This document shows positions 8,979 through 18,669 of a stretch of 64,000 nt of DNA, piece after piece; position 1 is the first letter of the stretch; every line of letters begins with the position of its first letter. The notes beneath the pieces are model-generated. The model searched no databases. It was not told the origin of the DNA and worked only from the letters and a program-made list of their open reading frames with translations. The stretch lies in the NCBI GenBank assembly GCA_947631415.1, contig CANRLG010000001.1, positions 30,558 to 94,557 of the forward strand, written 5' to 3'. The stretch comes from an uncultured Clostridia bacterium (GTDB lineage Bacteria > Bacillota > Clostridia > TANB77 > CAG-465). A program made the translations under genes and the position numbers.

Positions 8979-11900
8979 GTGAATAAAGAAGTAAAAGAAG
9001 TATTTAAAAATTGTGTTAGTGATAGAAATTTATTTAATCAAGCTACAGTAGATGAAGTAAAATTTTCTAAAAAATTAAATGCTGCTATTCTAATTTCTTC
9101 AAGCGAATTAAACATACCTATGGCAGATATTGAGGAATTTGAAAGATGTGCCAAAAGACAGTATGAACTAGATAGTTTTAAAATTAATTATACATATAAG
9201 GGAAAGAATACAGATATGCAAATTGAGAATGTATATGATATTCTTTCAAATATAAATAAAAAATATGATTATACGCAAGACATTTTTGAAAATTGTAAAA
9301 TAGATATAAATAACGATACTCAAAGTTTAAATATTGAACTAGAGAAACCATATTCTAACTTTTTATACATAAAAAGAATGGATGACTACATTAGAAATAG
9401 TTTAGATACACAATTTGGAGAGGGACATAAAGTTGTATTTAAAGATATGCCTGGTGCAAAAAGCATGGAATATTCTGGTCCAAAATATGTTACTATTGAA
9501 AGTTTAATGCAAAGCTCAAATATACCAGATGAGCCAGTTCCAACACAACCAGTAAATAATGTAGCGTCACAAAAGAATAAATTTACACCACGAGCACCTC
9601 TTACAGATGAAGAAAAATTAGAAAGAGAATTAGCTAAAGAACCACAACCTGAAAATGTAATATATGGAATTAATATTCAAAATCCAGAAATAGTAAAAAT
9701 AGAGAATATAGTTCCAAATGGAGAAAGAGTTTGTATTAATGGAAAAATAATACAAAAAGAAGAACGTGAATTAAAAAGTGGTAAAATGCTACTTACTATT
9801 GCTGTAACAGATAAGACAAGTACCGTATCATGTAAAATGTTTTTAGATAAACAGAAATATGAAGAAGTAAATGGTAAATTAAAAGAGGGAAGTTATGTAT
9901 TACTTCAAGGAAAGCCACAGATGGATGCTTACTCAAATGAACTTACAATAATGGCACAAAATATTTGTAAAGGAGAAAAACCACCTGAAAGAAAAGATGA
10001 AGCGGAAGAAAAAAGATGTGAACTTCATCTACATACACAAATGTCTCAAATGGATGCAATAACATCAGCAACAGACCTTGTAAAACAAGCAATAAAATGG
10101 GGACATCCTGCAATCGCTATTACAGACCATGGAGTATGTCAATCATTTCCAGAAGCTAATCATGTAATTGTAGATAATTATGCAAATTTAGTTCAAAAAG
10201 AGGGTAAAATAACTACACAAGATATTCTTGATGCTGCACCTATTAAAGTAATATATGGTACAGAGGGGTATTTAGCAGTAGATGTTGAACCTAATATTCC
10301 AGAATTTGATACATACTGTGTTTTTGATATTGAAACAACAGGATTTGACCCAGACCTTGATGGCATAACAGAAATAGCTGTATGTAAAGTAAAAAATGGA
10401 GAAATAATAGATGAGTATACAACATTTGTAAATCCAGAAAAGCCAATACCATTTGAAGTACAAAATTTAACTCATATAACAGATGAAATGGTAGAAAATG
10501 CACCAAAAATAGATAAAATGATACCAGAATTTTTAGAGTTTTGTAAAGGTTGTGTACTTGTTGCTCATAATGCACATTTTGATACTAGGTTTATAGCAGA
10601 TAAGTCTAAAAAGCTTGGTATAGAATTTAAACCATACGTAATAGATACTCTTGAAATGGCAAGAGAGTTATATAATGATGTAGAAAATTATAAATTAGGT
10701 ACATTAGTAGAACATTTGGGAATACAGCTCGAAGGAGCTCATAGAGCTATAAATGATACAAGAGCTACTGCTAAAATGTTTATTAAAATGAAAGAAGCCT
10801 GTGATAAAGAAAGAATAAAAATAAATGATTACATCTTTACTAAATATGATGAGGAATCAAAAAAGATTTCACCAAATCACATAATAATACTTGCAAAAAA
10901 TTATATTGGTTTAAAAAATTTATATAAATTAGTTTCTTTCTCTCATGTTTGGAATTTTTATAGAAAGCCAAAAATCTCTAGGTCAATGTTAAATAGATAT
11001 AGAGAGGGCTTAATCGTAGGTTCAGCCTGTGAACAAGGTGAATTATATCAAGAAATATTAGACCATATTGTTGGAAGAAATGATGGTAGTAATATAGAAA
11101 GTATAGCAAACTATTATGACTATCTTGAAGTTCAACCACTTGGAAATAATGCTTTTTATGAAAGAATTGGTAAAAAAATTAAGAAAGATGGAAAGAAAGC
11201 AAAAGATGAAGAAGCAGAATATATAAAACTTACTCATGAACAAGTTATCCAAATAAATAAAGAGATAATTGATTTGGGAGATAAACTTGGAAAACCAGTT
11301 GTTGCTACTTGTGATGTTCATTTTATGAATCCAGAAGATGAAATTTATAGAAGAATAATTCAAGCAGGTCAAGGCTATGATGATGCGGATATTCAAGCTC
11401 CATTATATTTTAGAACTACTGAGGAAATGTTAAAGGAATTTGATTATCTACCAGAAGAAAAAGCAAAAGAAATAGTTATAACAAATACTAACTTAGTTGC
11501 AAGTTGGTGTGATAGAATTAGTCCTATTTCTGATGAGAAATGTCCACCACATATTGATGGATGTGAACAAGAAATTAGAGATATAGCTATGACAAAGGCA
11601 CATAAGTTATATGGTGAAAATTTACCAGCTATTGTTGAAGAAAGACTAGATAAGGAGTTAAATTCAATTATCTCTAACGGATATTCTGTTATGTACATTA
11701 TTGCACAAAGACTTGTATGGGATTCAAATGACCATGGATATATAGTAGGCTCTAGAGGCTCAGTTGGTTCTTCACTTGCGGCATATATGACTGGTATAAC
11801 TGAGGTTAATTCGTTAAGAGCGCATTATAGATGTCCTAACTGTAAGTATTCGGATTTTACAGATTATGGTTATGCCAATGGTTTTGACCTTCCAGATAAA

Positions 11901-13442
11901 AAATGTCCACAATGTGGAGAAGATATGGATAAAGATGGAATGGATATACCATTTGAAACTTTCTTAGGCTTTAAAGGAGATAAAGAGCCAGATATAGATT
12001 TAAACTTTTCTGGTGAATACCAAGCAAAAGCACATAAATATACAGAAGTTATATTTGGAACTGGTACTACATATAAAGCGGGAACAATAGGTACAGTTGC
12101 AGAAAAAACAGCTTATGGATTTGTAAAAAATTATTATGAAGAAAGAGGTATAACAAATGTACCTCAAGCTGAAATGACAAGACTTTCTCTTGGATGTACA
12201 GGAATAAAACGTACAACAGGACAGCATCCTGGTGGTATTATAGTTGTACCAAAAGGAAGACAAATATATGAATTTTGTCCAGTACAACATCCAGCAGATG
12301 ACCCATATTCAGATATTGTAACTACTCATTTTGATTATCACTCAATAGATAGAAACTTACTTAAGCTAGACATACTAGGTCATGATGACCCTACTGTAAT
12401 TCGTATGTTACAAGATATTACGGGACTTGACCCAACAAAAGTTCCACTAGATGATAAAGATACAATGTCTATATTTGGTTCAACAGAAGCACTTGGAGTT
12501 ACACCTGAACAAATACATTCAGAAGTTGGAACTTACGGTGTACCAGAGTTTGGAACAAAATTTGTAAGAGGAATGTTAGTAGATACAAAGCCTACTACAT
12601 TTGACGAACTTATTCGTATATCTGGACTTTCACATGGTACAGATGTATGGTTAAATAACGCACAAGAAATTATTGAAAAAGGAATAGTTACCTTAAAAGA
12701 GGCAATATGTTGTCGTGATGATATAATGATTTACCTAATTAATAAAGGAATAGAATCTGGAATGTCATTTAAAATAATGGAGTCTGTGCGTAAAGGAAAA
12801 GTAGCTAAAGGAAAAGAACCAAAATGGGAAGATTATAAAACAGAAATGAGAGCTCATAATGTACCAGAATGGTATATTGAATCTTGTGAAAAAATAAAGT
12901 ATATGTTCCCTAAGGCACATGCTGCTGCATACGTAACAAACGCATTTAGAATTGCATGGTTTAAAGTACATATTCCTAAAGCATATTATTGTGCATATAT
13001 GTCAATTAGAGCTGATGAGTTTGATAGTGATTCCATGTTATATGGTAAAGAACGAGTTATTGCCAAAATGAAAGAAATTGATACTTTAGGAAATGCAGCT
13101 GCACCAAAAGATAAAAATATGTATCCAATACTTGAATTAGTATTAGAGATGAATGAAAGAGGAATTAATTTCTTGCCAATAGATTTATATAAATCTACAG
13201 TAAAAACATTTGTAATGGAAAAAGATGGAATTAGACCACCGTTTTCATCACTTTCAGGTTTTGGAGAAGTAGATGCTCAAAAGTTAGTTGATGCAAGAGA
13301 AAAATATCAAAAGTTTAGCTCAATAGAAGATATGACAATTAAGTCTAAAATAGGAAAGACTGCACTTGAAACTTTAAGGCTATCAGGTTGTTTGGATGGT
13401 ATGCCAAGGTCAGAACAAATGGATATGTTTGATTTGTTATAA
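8979..13442 (+). CDS. polC: DNA polymerase III alpha subunit, PolC type
   Basis: 1487 aa. PHP motif HLHTQMSQMDA, inserted 3'-5' exonuclease (DIETTG, HNAHFD, HRAINDT), Zn module CPNC...CPQC, polymerase core. Confidence 0.95.
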   Translation: MNKEVKEVFKNCVSDRNLFNQATVDEVKFSKKLNAAILISSSELNIPMADIEEFERCAKRQYELDSFKINYTYKGKNTDMQIENVYDILSNINKKYDYTQDIFENCKIDINNDTQSLNIELEKPYSNFLYIKRMDDYIRNSLDTQFGEGHKVVFKDMPGAKSMEYSGPKYVTIESLMQSSNIPDEPVPTQPVNNVASQKNKFTPRAPLTDEEKLERELAKEPQPENVIYGINIQNPEIVKIENIVPNGERVCINGKIIQKEERELKSGKMLLTIAVTDKTSTVSCKMFLDKQKYEEVNGKLKEGSYVLLQGKPQMDAYSNELTIMAQNICKGEKPPERKDEAEEKRCELHLHTQMSQMDAITSATDLVKQAIKWGHPAIAITDHGVCQSFPEANHVIVDNYANLVQKEGKITTQDILDAAPIKVIYGTEGYLAVDVEPNIPEFDTYCVFDIETTGFDPDLDGITEIAVCKVKNGEIIDEYTTFVNPEKPIPFEVQNLTHITDEMVENAPKIDKMIPEFLEFCKGCVLVAHNAHFDTRFIADKSKKLGIEFKPYVIDTLEMARELYNDVENYKLGTLVEHLGIQLEGAHRAINDTRATAKMFIKMKEACDKERIKINDYIFTKYDEESKKISPNHIIILAKNYIGLKNLYKLVSFSHVWNFYRKPKISRSMLNRYREGLIVGSACEQGELYQEILDHIVGRNDGSNIESIANYYDYLEVQPLGNNAFYERIGKKIKKDGKKAKDEEAEYIKLTHEQVIQINKEIIDLGDKLGKPVVATCDVHFMNPEDEIYRRIIQAGQGYDDADIQAPLYFRTTEEMLKEFDYLPEEKAKEIVITNTNLVASWCDRISPISDEKCPPHIDGCEQEIRDIAMTKAHKLYGENLPAIVEERLDKELNSIISNGYSVMYIIAQRLVWDSNDHGYIVGSRGSVGSSLAAYMTGITEVNSLRAHYRCPNCKYSDFTDYGYANGFDLPDKKCPQCGEDMDKDGMDIPFETFLGFKGDKEPDIDLNFSGEYQAKAHKYTEVIFGTGTTYKAGTIGTVAEKTAYGFVKNYYEERGITNVPQAEMTRLSLGCTGIKRTTGQHPGGIIVVPKGRQIYEFCPVQHPADDPYSDIVTTHFDYHSIDRNLLKLDILGHDDPTVIRMLQDITGLDPTKVPLDDKDTMSIFGSTEALGVTPEQIHSEVGTYGVPEFGTKFVRGMLVDTKPTTFDELIRISGLSHGTDVWLNNAQEIIEKGIVTLKEAICCRDDIMIYLINKGIESGMSFKIMESVRKGKVAKGKEPKWEDYKTEMRAHNVPEWYIESCEKIKYMFPKAHAAAYVTNAFRIAWFKVHIPKAYYCAYMSIRADEFDSDSMLYGKERVIAKMKEIDTLGNAAAPKDKNMYPILELVLEMNERGINFLPIDLYKSTVKTFVMEKDGIRPPFSSLSGFGEVDAQKLVDAREKYQKFSSIEDMTIKSKIGKTALETLRLSGCLDGMPRSEQMDMFDLL

Positions 13443-13464
13443 TATATATAATCTTGTAAATAAC

Positions 13465-13493
13465 TTGAATTATTTATTTTAGTACTGTATAAT
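13465..13493 (+). promoter_or_regulatory. sigma-A-type promoter of hpf
   Basis: TTGAAT, 17-nt spacer, TATAAT. Confidence 0.5.
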
Positions 13494-13517
13494 ATAGCTA
13501 TGAAGGGGTGAGTGCTT

Positions 13518-13865
13518 ATGAAATTAGATTTAACTGGCTTAAGAATTGAGGTAACCGATGCTATAAGAAGTTTTACTGAAAAGAAAATTAAGAAATTAGA
13601 CAAGTTTTTTGATGAAAGTACAATTTGTCATGTAACTTTTACAGACAAAAGTAAAGGTAAACAACGTGTTGATATGAGAATTGAATATAAATCACGTACT
13701 TATTTAGCAGAAGAAAATACTGATGACCTTTACACAGGAATTGAGGCTTTAGTAACAAAAATTGAAGGACAACTTAGAAAAGATAAAGCTATGAATGTAA
13801 AGAAAAGAAGAACTGGAATTCCAGAAACAGAAACTGCTGAACAAGTAGAAGATGAAGAAGACTAA
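13518..13865 (+). CDS. hpf: ribosome hibernation factor, short form (YfiA/HPF N-domain only)
   Basis: MKLDLTGLRIEVTDAIRSFTEKKIKKLDKFF... is the sigma-54-modulation/HPF fold, followed by an acidic tail. GGGGTGA SD favours ATG 13518 over GTG 13512. Confidence 0.8.
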   Translation: MKLDLTGLRIEVTDAIRSFTEKKIKKLDKFFDESTICHVTFTDKSKGKQRVDMRIEYKSRTYLAEENTDDLYTGIEALVTKIEGQLRKDKAMNVKKRRTGIPETETAEQVEDEED

Positions 13866-13873
13866 AATATAGT

Positions 13874-13901
13874 AAGAAGCTAGAAATAGCTTCTTATTTT
13901 T
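13874..13901 (+). terminator. intrinsic terminator
   Basis: AAGAAGCTA-gaaa-TAGCTTCTT followed by ATTTTT. Confidence 0.7.
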
Positions 13902-13912
13902 ACATAAAACGG

Positions 13913-13941
13913 TTGACATAATATAAAAATAATGGTATAAT
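13913..13941 (+). promoter_or_regulatory. sigma-A-type promoter
   Basis: TTGACA, 17-nt spacer, TGgTATAAT (extended -10). Confidence 0.6.
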
Positions 13942-14023
13942 AAAAACGAGTGATTTTTTTAAAACTTGATGATTAATATCATTCAAATAAAGTGGGGCAG
14001 CTCACAAAATTTAGGAGGAAAAT

Positions 14024-14707
14024 ATGAAAGCTTTGATGAAGAAAATCAAAGTGTTTCTTGTGATATTATTAGCAATTTACTTGTTTGTAATGTACGGTAA
14101 TAATTCGCATTACCAACAAACAGACATAAAAATTGCATACTCAAAAGAAACTAAATCAGAGCTTTCTTCAGATATAAATAGTACAAATGAAGAAGGACAA
14201 GATATAAATAATATATCTGAAGAAGGGTCGGAACCAGAAGCTGATGTACAACCTAAAAGTTATGATTTAAGTACAACTTTAGGTAGAGAGGAATATATAT
14301 GGGATTTTTTAATCCGTTGTAAATTCTCTAAAGTACAGGCTGCTGGTATCATAGGTAATATGAGAGGAGAAAATTCAGGACTTGTATTATCTAAAGAAGA
14401 ATTAGGAAATAACATTGGGTATGGATTAATTCAATGGTCTTACGGAAGAAGAGATAATCTTTTCGCTTTTGCAAAAGAAAAGGGAATGTCTCCAAGTAGT
14501 ATAGACCTACAACTTATGTTTTTCCTAAAAGAATATAATACAAATGGTTGGGCAGGACATAAAAGTGAAAGATTAACTTTCAAGAATACTGAAAGTGTAT
14601 CAGAAGCAACAAAAGCCTTTTGTGATGGTTTTGAAAGACCTGGTGTTCCAAGATTGGAGGTAAGACAAAAATATGCCTCAGAAGCATACGAAAAATACTC
14701 TAAATAA
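14024..14707 (+). CDS. secreted lysozyme-like protein (phage-tail-tip-lysozyme-type domain)
   Basis: N-terminal TM/signal sequence. AAGIIGNMRGENSG ... GYGLIQWS pattern, as I recall it for the Phage_lysozyme2 family. Confidence 0.55.
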   Translation: MKALMKKIKVFLVILLAIYLFVMYGNNSHYQQTDIKIAYSKETKSELSSDINSTNEEGQDINNISEEGSEPEADVQPKSYDLSTTLGREEYIWDFLIRCKFSKVQAAGIIGNMRGENSGLVLSKEELGNNIGYGLIQWSYGRRDNLFAFAKEKGMSPSSIDLQLMFFLKEYNTNGWAGHKSERLTFKNTESVSEATKAFCDGFERPGVPRLEVRQKYASEAYEKYSK

Positions 14708-14715
14708 ACATATCA

Positions 14716-14745
14716 AGCACGAATTTATTCGTGCTACTTTTTTTG
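14716..14745 (+). terminator. intrinsic terminator
   Basis: AGCACGAA-ttta-TTCGTGCT followed by ACTTTTTTT. Confidence 0.75.
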
Positions 14746-14775
14746 GCTATCTGTATTTTTTACTTTATGTAAAAG

Positions 14776-14804
14776 TTTACATAAAACCTTAAAAGTGGTA
14801 TAAT
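14776..14804 (+). promoter_or_regulatory. sigma-A-type promoter
   Basis: TTTACA, 17-nt spacer, TGgTATAAT. Confidence 0.55.
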
Positions 14805-14896
14805 TATAATAGGATAAAATTTTTAAAATATCCTTTAACTAGAGGATATTATTAGGTGTCCTCTAAAATTTCCATATAAAAAAGGAGGAGAGAAAT

Positions 14897-15544
14897 ATGG
14901 AAAAATACAGAAGAGGGCACCAAAAGAAAAGTGTCCTAAAAAAACTGAAGAAGAGGATGAAGATTGCTTTAGTACTTTTGTTTATTGCGTATTCATTTGT
15001 TATGAATACTTCTAATATAAATGGAAGTATGAAAACAACTTTATCCCAAAAGAACGAAGGAGTTCAAGAAAAAGTTGAAACTGTTGCTGTTAAAAATTTT
15101 GAATTAACAGTAAATACAGACTTAACTGTTCCTTCTAATGTTGAAGCTGAAGACATAGACAAAATGTTGTCAGATACAGCGTTAGAAGGATTAGGAGCTT
15201 CTTTTGTTCAAGCAGAAAAGGATTGGAATGTTAATGCTCTTTACATGATGGGGTTAGCCTGTCTAGAGAGTGGTTACGGTGAAAGTAATTTCGCCAAAGA
15301 GCGTAATAACCTATATGGTTGGAACGCTGTTGACTCCAATCCTGAAAAGGCAAGTAGTTTTTCAAGTAAGGAAGAAGCGACTTTATTTGTTGCAGAAAAA
15401 CTTGCTAAAAATTACTTGTCAGAAGAAGGGGCTTACTACGAAGGAAAGACTGCAAGGAATATTGATGTGCATTATTGCACAGACAAGAAACATGCAGACA
15501 AAATCTGTAGTATAGTATCTTCATTAAGGGAAAAGTTAGATTAG
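14897..15544 (+). CDS. secreted N-acetylglucosaminidase-domain (LytD/FlgJ-type) peptidoglycan hydrolase
   Basis: N-terminal TM. GLACLESGYGES ... NNLYGWNA is the glucosaminidase motif. A 120-nt sample is about 40% GC. Confidence 0.7.
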   Translation: MEKYRRGHQKKSVLKKLKKRMKIALVLLFIAYSFVMNTSNINGSMKTTLSQKNEGVQEKVETVAVKNFELTVNTDLTVPSNVEAEDIDKMLSDTALEGLGASFVQAEKDWNVNALYMMGLACLESGYGESNFAKERNNLYGWNAVDSNPEKASSFSSKEEATLFVAEKLAKNYLSEEGAYYEGKTARNIDVHYCTDKKHADKICSIVSSLREKLD

Positions 15545-15566
15545 CTTCTACTTTTCTCTTTTTTTG
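15530..15566 (+). terminator. probable intrinsic terminator
   Basis: GAAAAGT ... ACTTTTC (14-nt loop) followed by TCTTTTTTT. Confidence 0.45.
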
Positions 15567-15612
15567 ATATTAATGAAATTTTAATTTATATAAATCTTTT
15601 TTGAAAATAATG

Positions 15613-15641
15613 TTGACATAATTTTAAAAATGTGTTAGAAT
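15613..15641 (+). promoter_or_regulatory. sigma-A-type promoter
   Basis: TTGACA, 17-nt spacer, TGtTAGAAT. Confidence 0.55.
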
Positions 15642-15647
15642 AAAACC

Positions 15648-15828
15648 ATAACGAATGAGAGTGTGTATAAGTTTAACGAGCTACACAACCTTATATATAA
15701 GGTACACTTAAGATATTTTCGCAAAAGGAGTCTCATATCAAAAGACTTTTTTTGCGAGGATATCTTTTTTTTATACCCAAATTAATATTAGGTAGATGTT
15801 CTCTAAAATAATTTTAGGAGGTGTTTTT
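15648..15828 (+). promoter_or_regulatory. structured 5' leader with a terminator-type hairpin (attenuator or unknown riboswitch) upstream of the ABC transporter
   Basis: Three elements. TGTGTA/TACACA hairpin. ACCTTA-TATA-TAAGGT hairpin. A long hairpin AAGATAT+CGCAAAA ... TTTTGCG+ATATCTT (15710..15766) followed by T8, about 55 nt before the start codon. Confidence 0.5.
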
Positions 15829-16764
15829 ATGCAAATAATTGTTGAAAATTTAGAAAAGAATTTTATTATTAAACAAAAGAAAGAAAAGCAAATTGTTAGA
15901 GCTGTTTCAGATGTATCATTTAACATAGATAAAGGTGAAATAGTAGCTTTTATTGGACCAAATGGTGCAGGAAAGAGTACAACAATTAAAATGCTTACGG
16001 GTATAATTGAACCAAGTGGAGGAAAGGTTAAAGTTGATGGCTTTAATCCAAGTACTCAAAGAAAACAACTTGCATACCATATAGGATGTATGTTTGGACA
16101 GAAGTCTCAATTATATATGCATTTAACAGTTAGGGATAGTTATAAATTGCTATGTAGTATATATGATATTAATCATAAAGAGGCATTAAAACGTATAGAT
16201 GAGATAGCAGATATGTTTAAAATTCAAGATTTACTTGACAGAGTAGTTAGAAAATTATCTTTAGGTCAAAGAATGATTTGTGAAATAGCAGGTAGTATAC
16301 TTCATGACCCAGATATAATATTTTTAGATGAGCCAACTATTGGTTTAGATATTTTTGCAAAAACAAGAATAAGAAGTATTATTAAGAAATTGAACGAAGA
16401 AAAAGGAACTACTATATTTTTAACAAGTCATGACATTGGAGATGTAGAAGCATTATGCAATAGAATAATCATTATAAATAATGGTACTTTAGTTACAGAT
16501 TCAAGTATTAATGAACTTAAAGAAAATTATTTAACTAAGAAAAAAGTAAAAATATCTTATGATAATATTATTACTCAAAACAAATTTAACTATGAGGTTA
16601 AAACAGTAGTAGATAATAAAATTGAATTGCTATTAGATAAAAATAAAGACAGTATAGGTGATGTACTACAATATTTTACTTCTATTGGTAATATCACAGA
16701 TATTCAAATTGAATCTACTCCATTAGAGGATGTGATTAAAAAAATATATAGTGAAAGGAGTTAA
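15829..16764 (+). CDS. ABC transporter ATP-binding protein
   Basis: Walker A GPNGAGKST, signature LSLGQRM, Walker B IIFLDEPT. TAGGAGG SD before ATG 15829. Confidence 0.85.
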   Translation: MQIIVENLEKNFIIKQKKEKQIVRAVSDVSFNIDKGEIVAFIGPNGAGKSTTIKMLTGIIEPSGGKVKVDGFNPSTQRKQLAYHIGCMFGQKSQLYMHLTVRDSYKLLCSIYDINHKEALKRIDEIADMFKIQDLLDRVVRKLSLGQRMICEIAGSILHDPDIIFLDEPTIGLDIFAKTRIRSIIKKLNEEKGTTIFLTSHDIGDVEALCNRIIIINNGTLVTDSSINELKENYLTKKKVKISYDNIITQNKFNYEVKTVVDNKIELLLDKNKDSIGDVLQYFTSIGNITDIQIESTPLEDVIKKIYSERS

Positions 16765-16768
16765 GCCT

Positions 16769-17542
16769 ATGAGAAAATATTTAGATATTTTTAAGTTTAA
16801 CTTAAAAACAGAACTTAATTTCAAGGTAGATTATTTCTTTACACTATTTGCATACTTAGTTCACGTATTTATATTAAGTGAATTATGGGATTACATCTTA
16901 AAGGGAAAGGAAATAAATGGCTTTGGAAAAGAGCAATTAGTTTGGTATATTACTTTAGGCGAATTTATAATGTATTCGGTAAGTAAAAAGAACTTTAGAA
17001 AAATCTCAGATTTAATTAAAAGTGGCAACATTGCTAATTTACTTTGCAAACCTGTGAGTATTATTAAATACTTTTTTGCAGAAGAATGTACTGTTATAGT
17101 TTCAGTAGTAATAAATTTTATATTTGCTATAATCTTAGGAATACTTATGGCAGGAACACTTGAAGTAACTTTTGTACAAGTAATGCTATTTCTAGTAGCT
17201 ACAGTTTTAGCTTTATTAATTTCATTACTAATTCAGTTATTTATTGGTTTACTTGCATTTATAACTGAGGAGAATGAGTCTTTCTATTTGCTTATACAAA
17301 AATCTATGCTTATTGTAGTTTTTACACCTATTGAATTTTTTCCAGGAATTGTACAGTGGATTTTAAGATTTTTACCAACGAGTTATGCAGTATATCCACT
17401 AGGAAAAATACTAACCAATTATGATTTTAGCAATGCCATATTTTTAATTTTTTGCCAAGTAATATCTATTATAGTTATGTTTATATTAGTAAATATATTA
17501 AATAGAAAAGGGGTGAAGAAAGTCAATGTTAATGGAGGTTAA
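16769..17542 (+). CDS. ABC-2-type transporter permease
   Basis: About six hydrophobic segments. GAAAGGAG SD before ATG 16769. Directly follows the ATPase gene. Confidence 0.7.
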   Translation: MRKYLDIFKFNLKTELNFKVDYFFTLFAYLVHVFILSELWDYILKGKEINGFGKEQLVWYITLGEFIMYSVSKKNFRKISDLIKSGNIANLLCKPVSIIKYFFAEECTVIVSVVINFIFAIILGILMAGTLEVTFVQVMLFLVATVLALLISLLIQLFIGLLAFITEENESFYLLIQKSMLIVVFTPIEFFPGIVQWILRFLPTSYAVYPLGKILTNYDFSNAIFLIFCQVISIIVMFILVNILNRKGVKKVNVNGG

Positions 17543-18329
17543 AAATAATTTATTGTATTTTTTTAATGCACTTAAAGTAAGTATAAAATCTGCGATGGCA
17601 TATAAAGTTAGTTTCTTTATACAAGCTTTGTTTATGTGTTTTAATAATTTATTCTTTTTAATAGTATGGAAAGTTATATTAGGGAATATACCAACACAGA
17701 CAGATATTTCATTTGATGGAATATTATATTTATGGTCTATATCTACTATGGCTTTTGGAATTGCATATTTCTTTTTTGGAGGAATAAATAAAATAAACGA
17801 ATATATATTGAATGGAACAATGGATAGCTTTATACTACAGCCTAAAAATTTATATCTAAATGTCATATCATCTAAATGTAAATTTTCTGCTTGTGGAGAC
17901 TTTGTATATGGTTTAGTTATAGCATTTATAGTAACAGGTTGTGATATTCCAAAAGTATTGTTAATGCTATTATTCTCCGTAATTGGTAGTACTTTCTTTA
18001 TTTCTTCAGAAGTTATATTAAGGTCAATTACAGTATGGCTTGGAGATACAAACTCATTAGCTTCAAGATATACAGAAACACTACTAATTACATTTTCAAC
18101 ATATCCTGAAAATATATTTAGCACAGGAATAAAAGTATTACTATATACTATAGTACCTGTTGCATATATAGATTATCTTCCTATTAGGCTTTTAACTACA
18201 CATTTTAGTTTACCTATATTTATAGGAATAATAATAGTAAGTACATTATATATGTTACTATCTATATATGTATTTAATAAGGCAATGAAAAATTATGAAT
18301 CAGGAAATAATATGTCAATGAAAGATTAA
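17526..18329 (+). CDS. ABC-2-type transporter permease (second subunit)
   Basis: Polytopic. Overlaps the previous gene by 17 nt. Contains NGTMDSFILQP. Confidence 0.7.
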   Translation: MLMEVKNNLLYFFNALKVSIKSAMAYKVSFFIQALFMCFNNLFFLIVWKVILGNIPTQTDISFDGILYLWSISTMAFGIAYFFFGGINKINEYILNGTMDSFILQPKNLYLNVISSKCKFSACGDFVYGLVIAFIVTGCDIPKVLLMLLFSVIGSTFFISSEVILRSITVWLGDTNSLASRYTETLLITFSTYPENIFSTGIKVLLYTIVPVAYIDYLPIRLLTTHFSLPIFIGIIIVSTLYMLLSIYVFNKAMKNYESGNNMSMKD

Positions 18330-18342
18330 TTTTTATGTAAAG

Positions 18343-18375
18343 GAAGATGCTGATTTTTGCATCTTCTTTTATTTT
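18343..18375 (+). terminator. intrinsic terminator
   Basis: GAAGATGC-tgattttt-GCATCTTC followed by TTTTATTTT. Confidence 0.7.
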
Positions 18376-18583
18376 GTAACGAAAAAATAATTAATTCTTG
18401 TAGAGTTGGATAAAATAAAAAGAAAAAGAAATTATTTCAAAAATATTGCAAAATAAATAAAAAAATGTTAAAAAGTATAAATCGAATAAAAAACATAATT
18501 ATTTAATAAAAATGGTTTGTTAGATGAAAGTGAAAATATGTCGAATTATGTAAATTAAAAAGCATAAAATTCTTTTATAAACG

Positions 18584-18612
18584 TTGACTTCATTAAAAAT
18601 CTATGTTATAAT
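18584..18612 (+). promoter_or_regulatory. sigma-A-type promoter of the adhesin gene
   Basis: TTGACT, 17-nt spacer, TGtTATAAT. Confidence 0.55.
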
Positions 18613-18669
18613 AATTATGTATACTAGAACATAAAAGTTATATGGCATAAATCAAGGAGGGATGTAAAT

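Noticed and set aside
15270-15515. 81-aa ORF in an alternative frame of the glucosaminidase gene
   Set aside because: It lies on the same strand inside a gene with clear domain motifs. It exists only because this gene is GC-richer and so poorer in stop codons.
15655-15711. 18-codon leader peptide (MRVCISLTSYTTLYIRYT) in the ABC transporter leader
   Set aside because: There is no Shine-Dalgarno sequence upstream of its ATG. I kept the attenuator hypothesis but not the leader-peptide mechanism.
17498-18124. 208-aa minus-strand ORF
   Set aside because: It is entirely antisense to the second ABC permease gene, which has a coherent polytopic sequence and overlaps the preceding permease. The ORF has no SD, and its composition is the mirror image of a membrane-protein gene.
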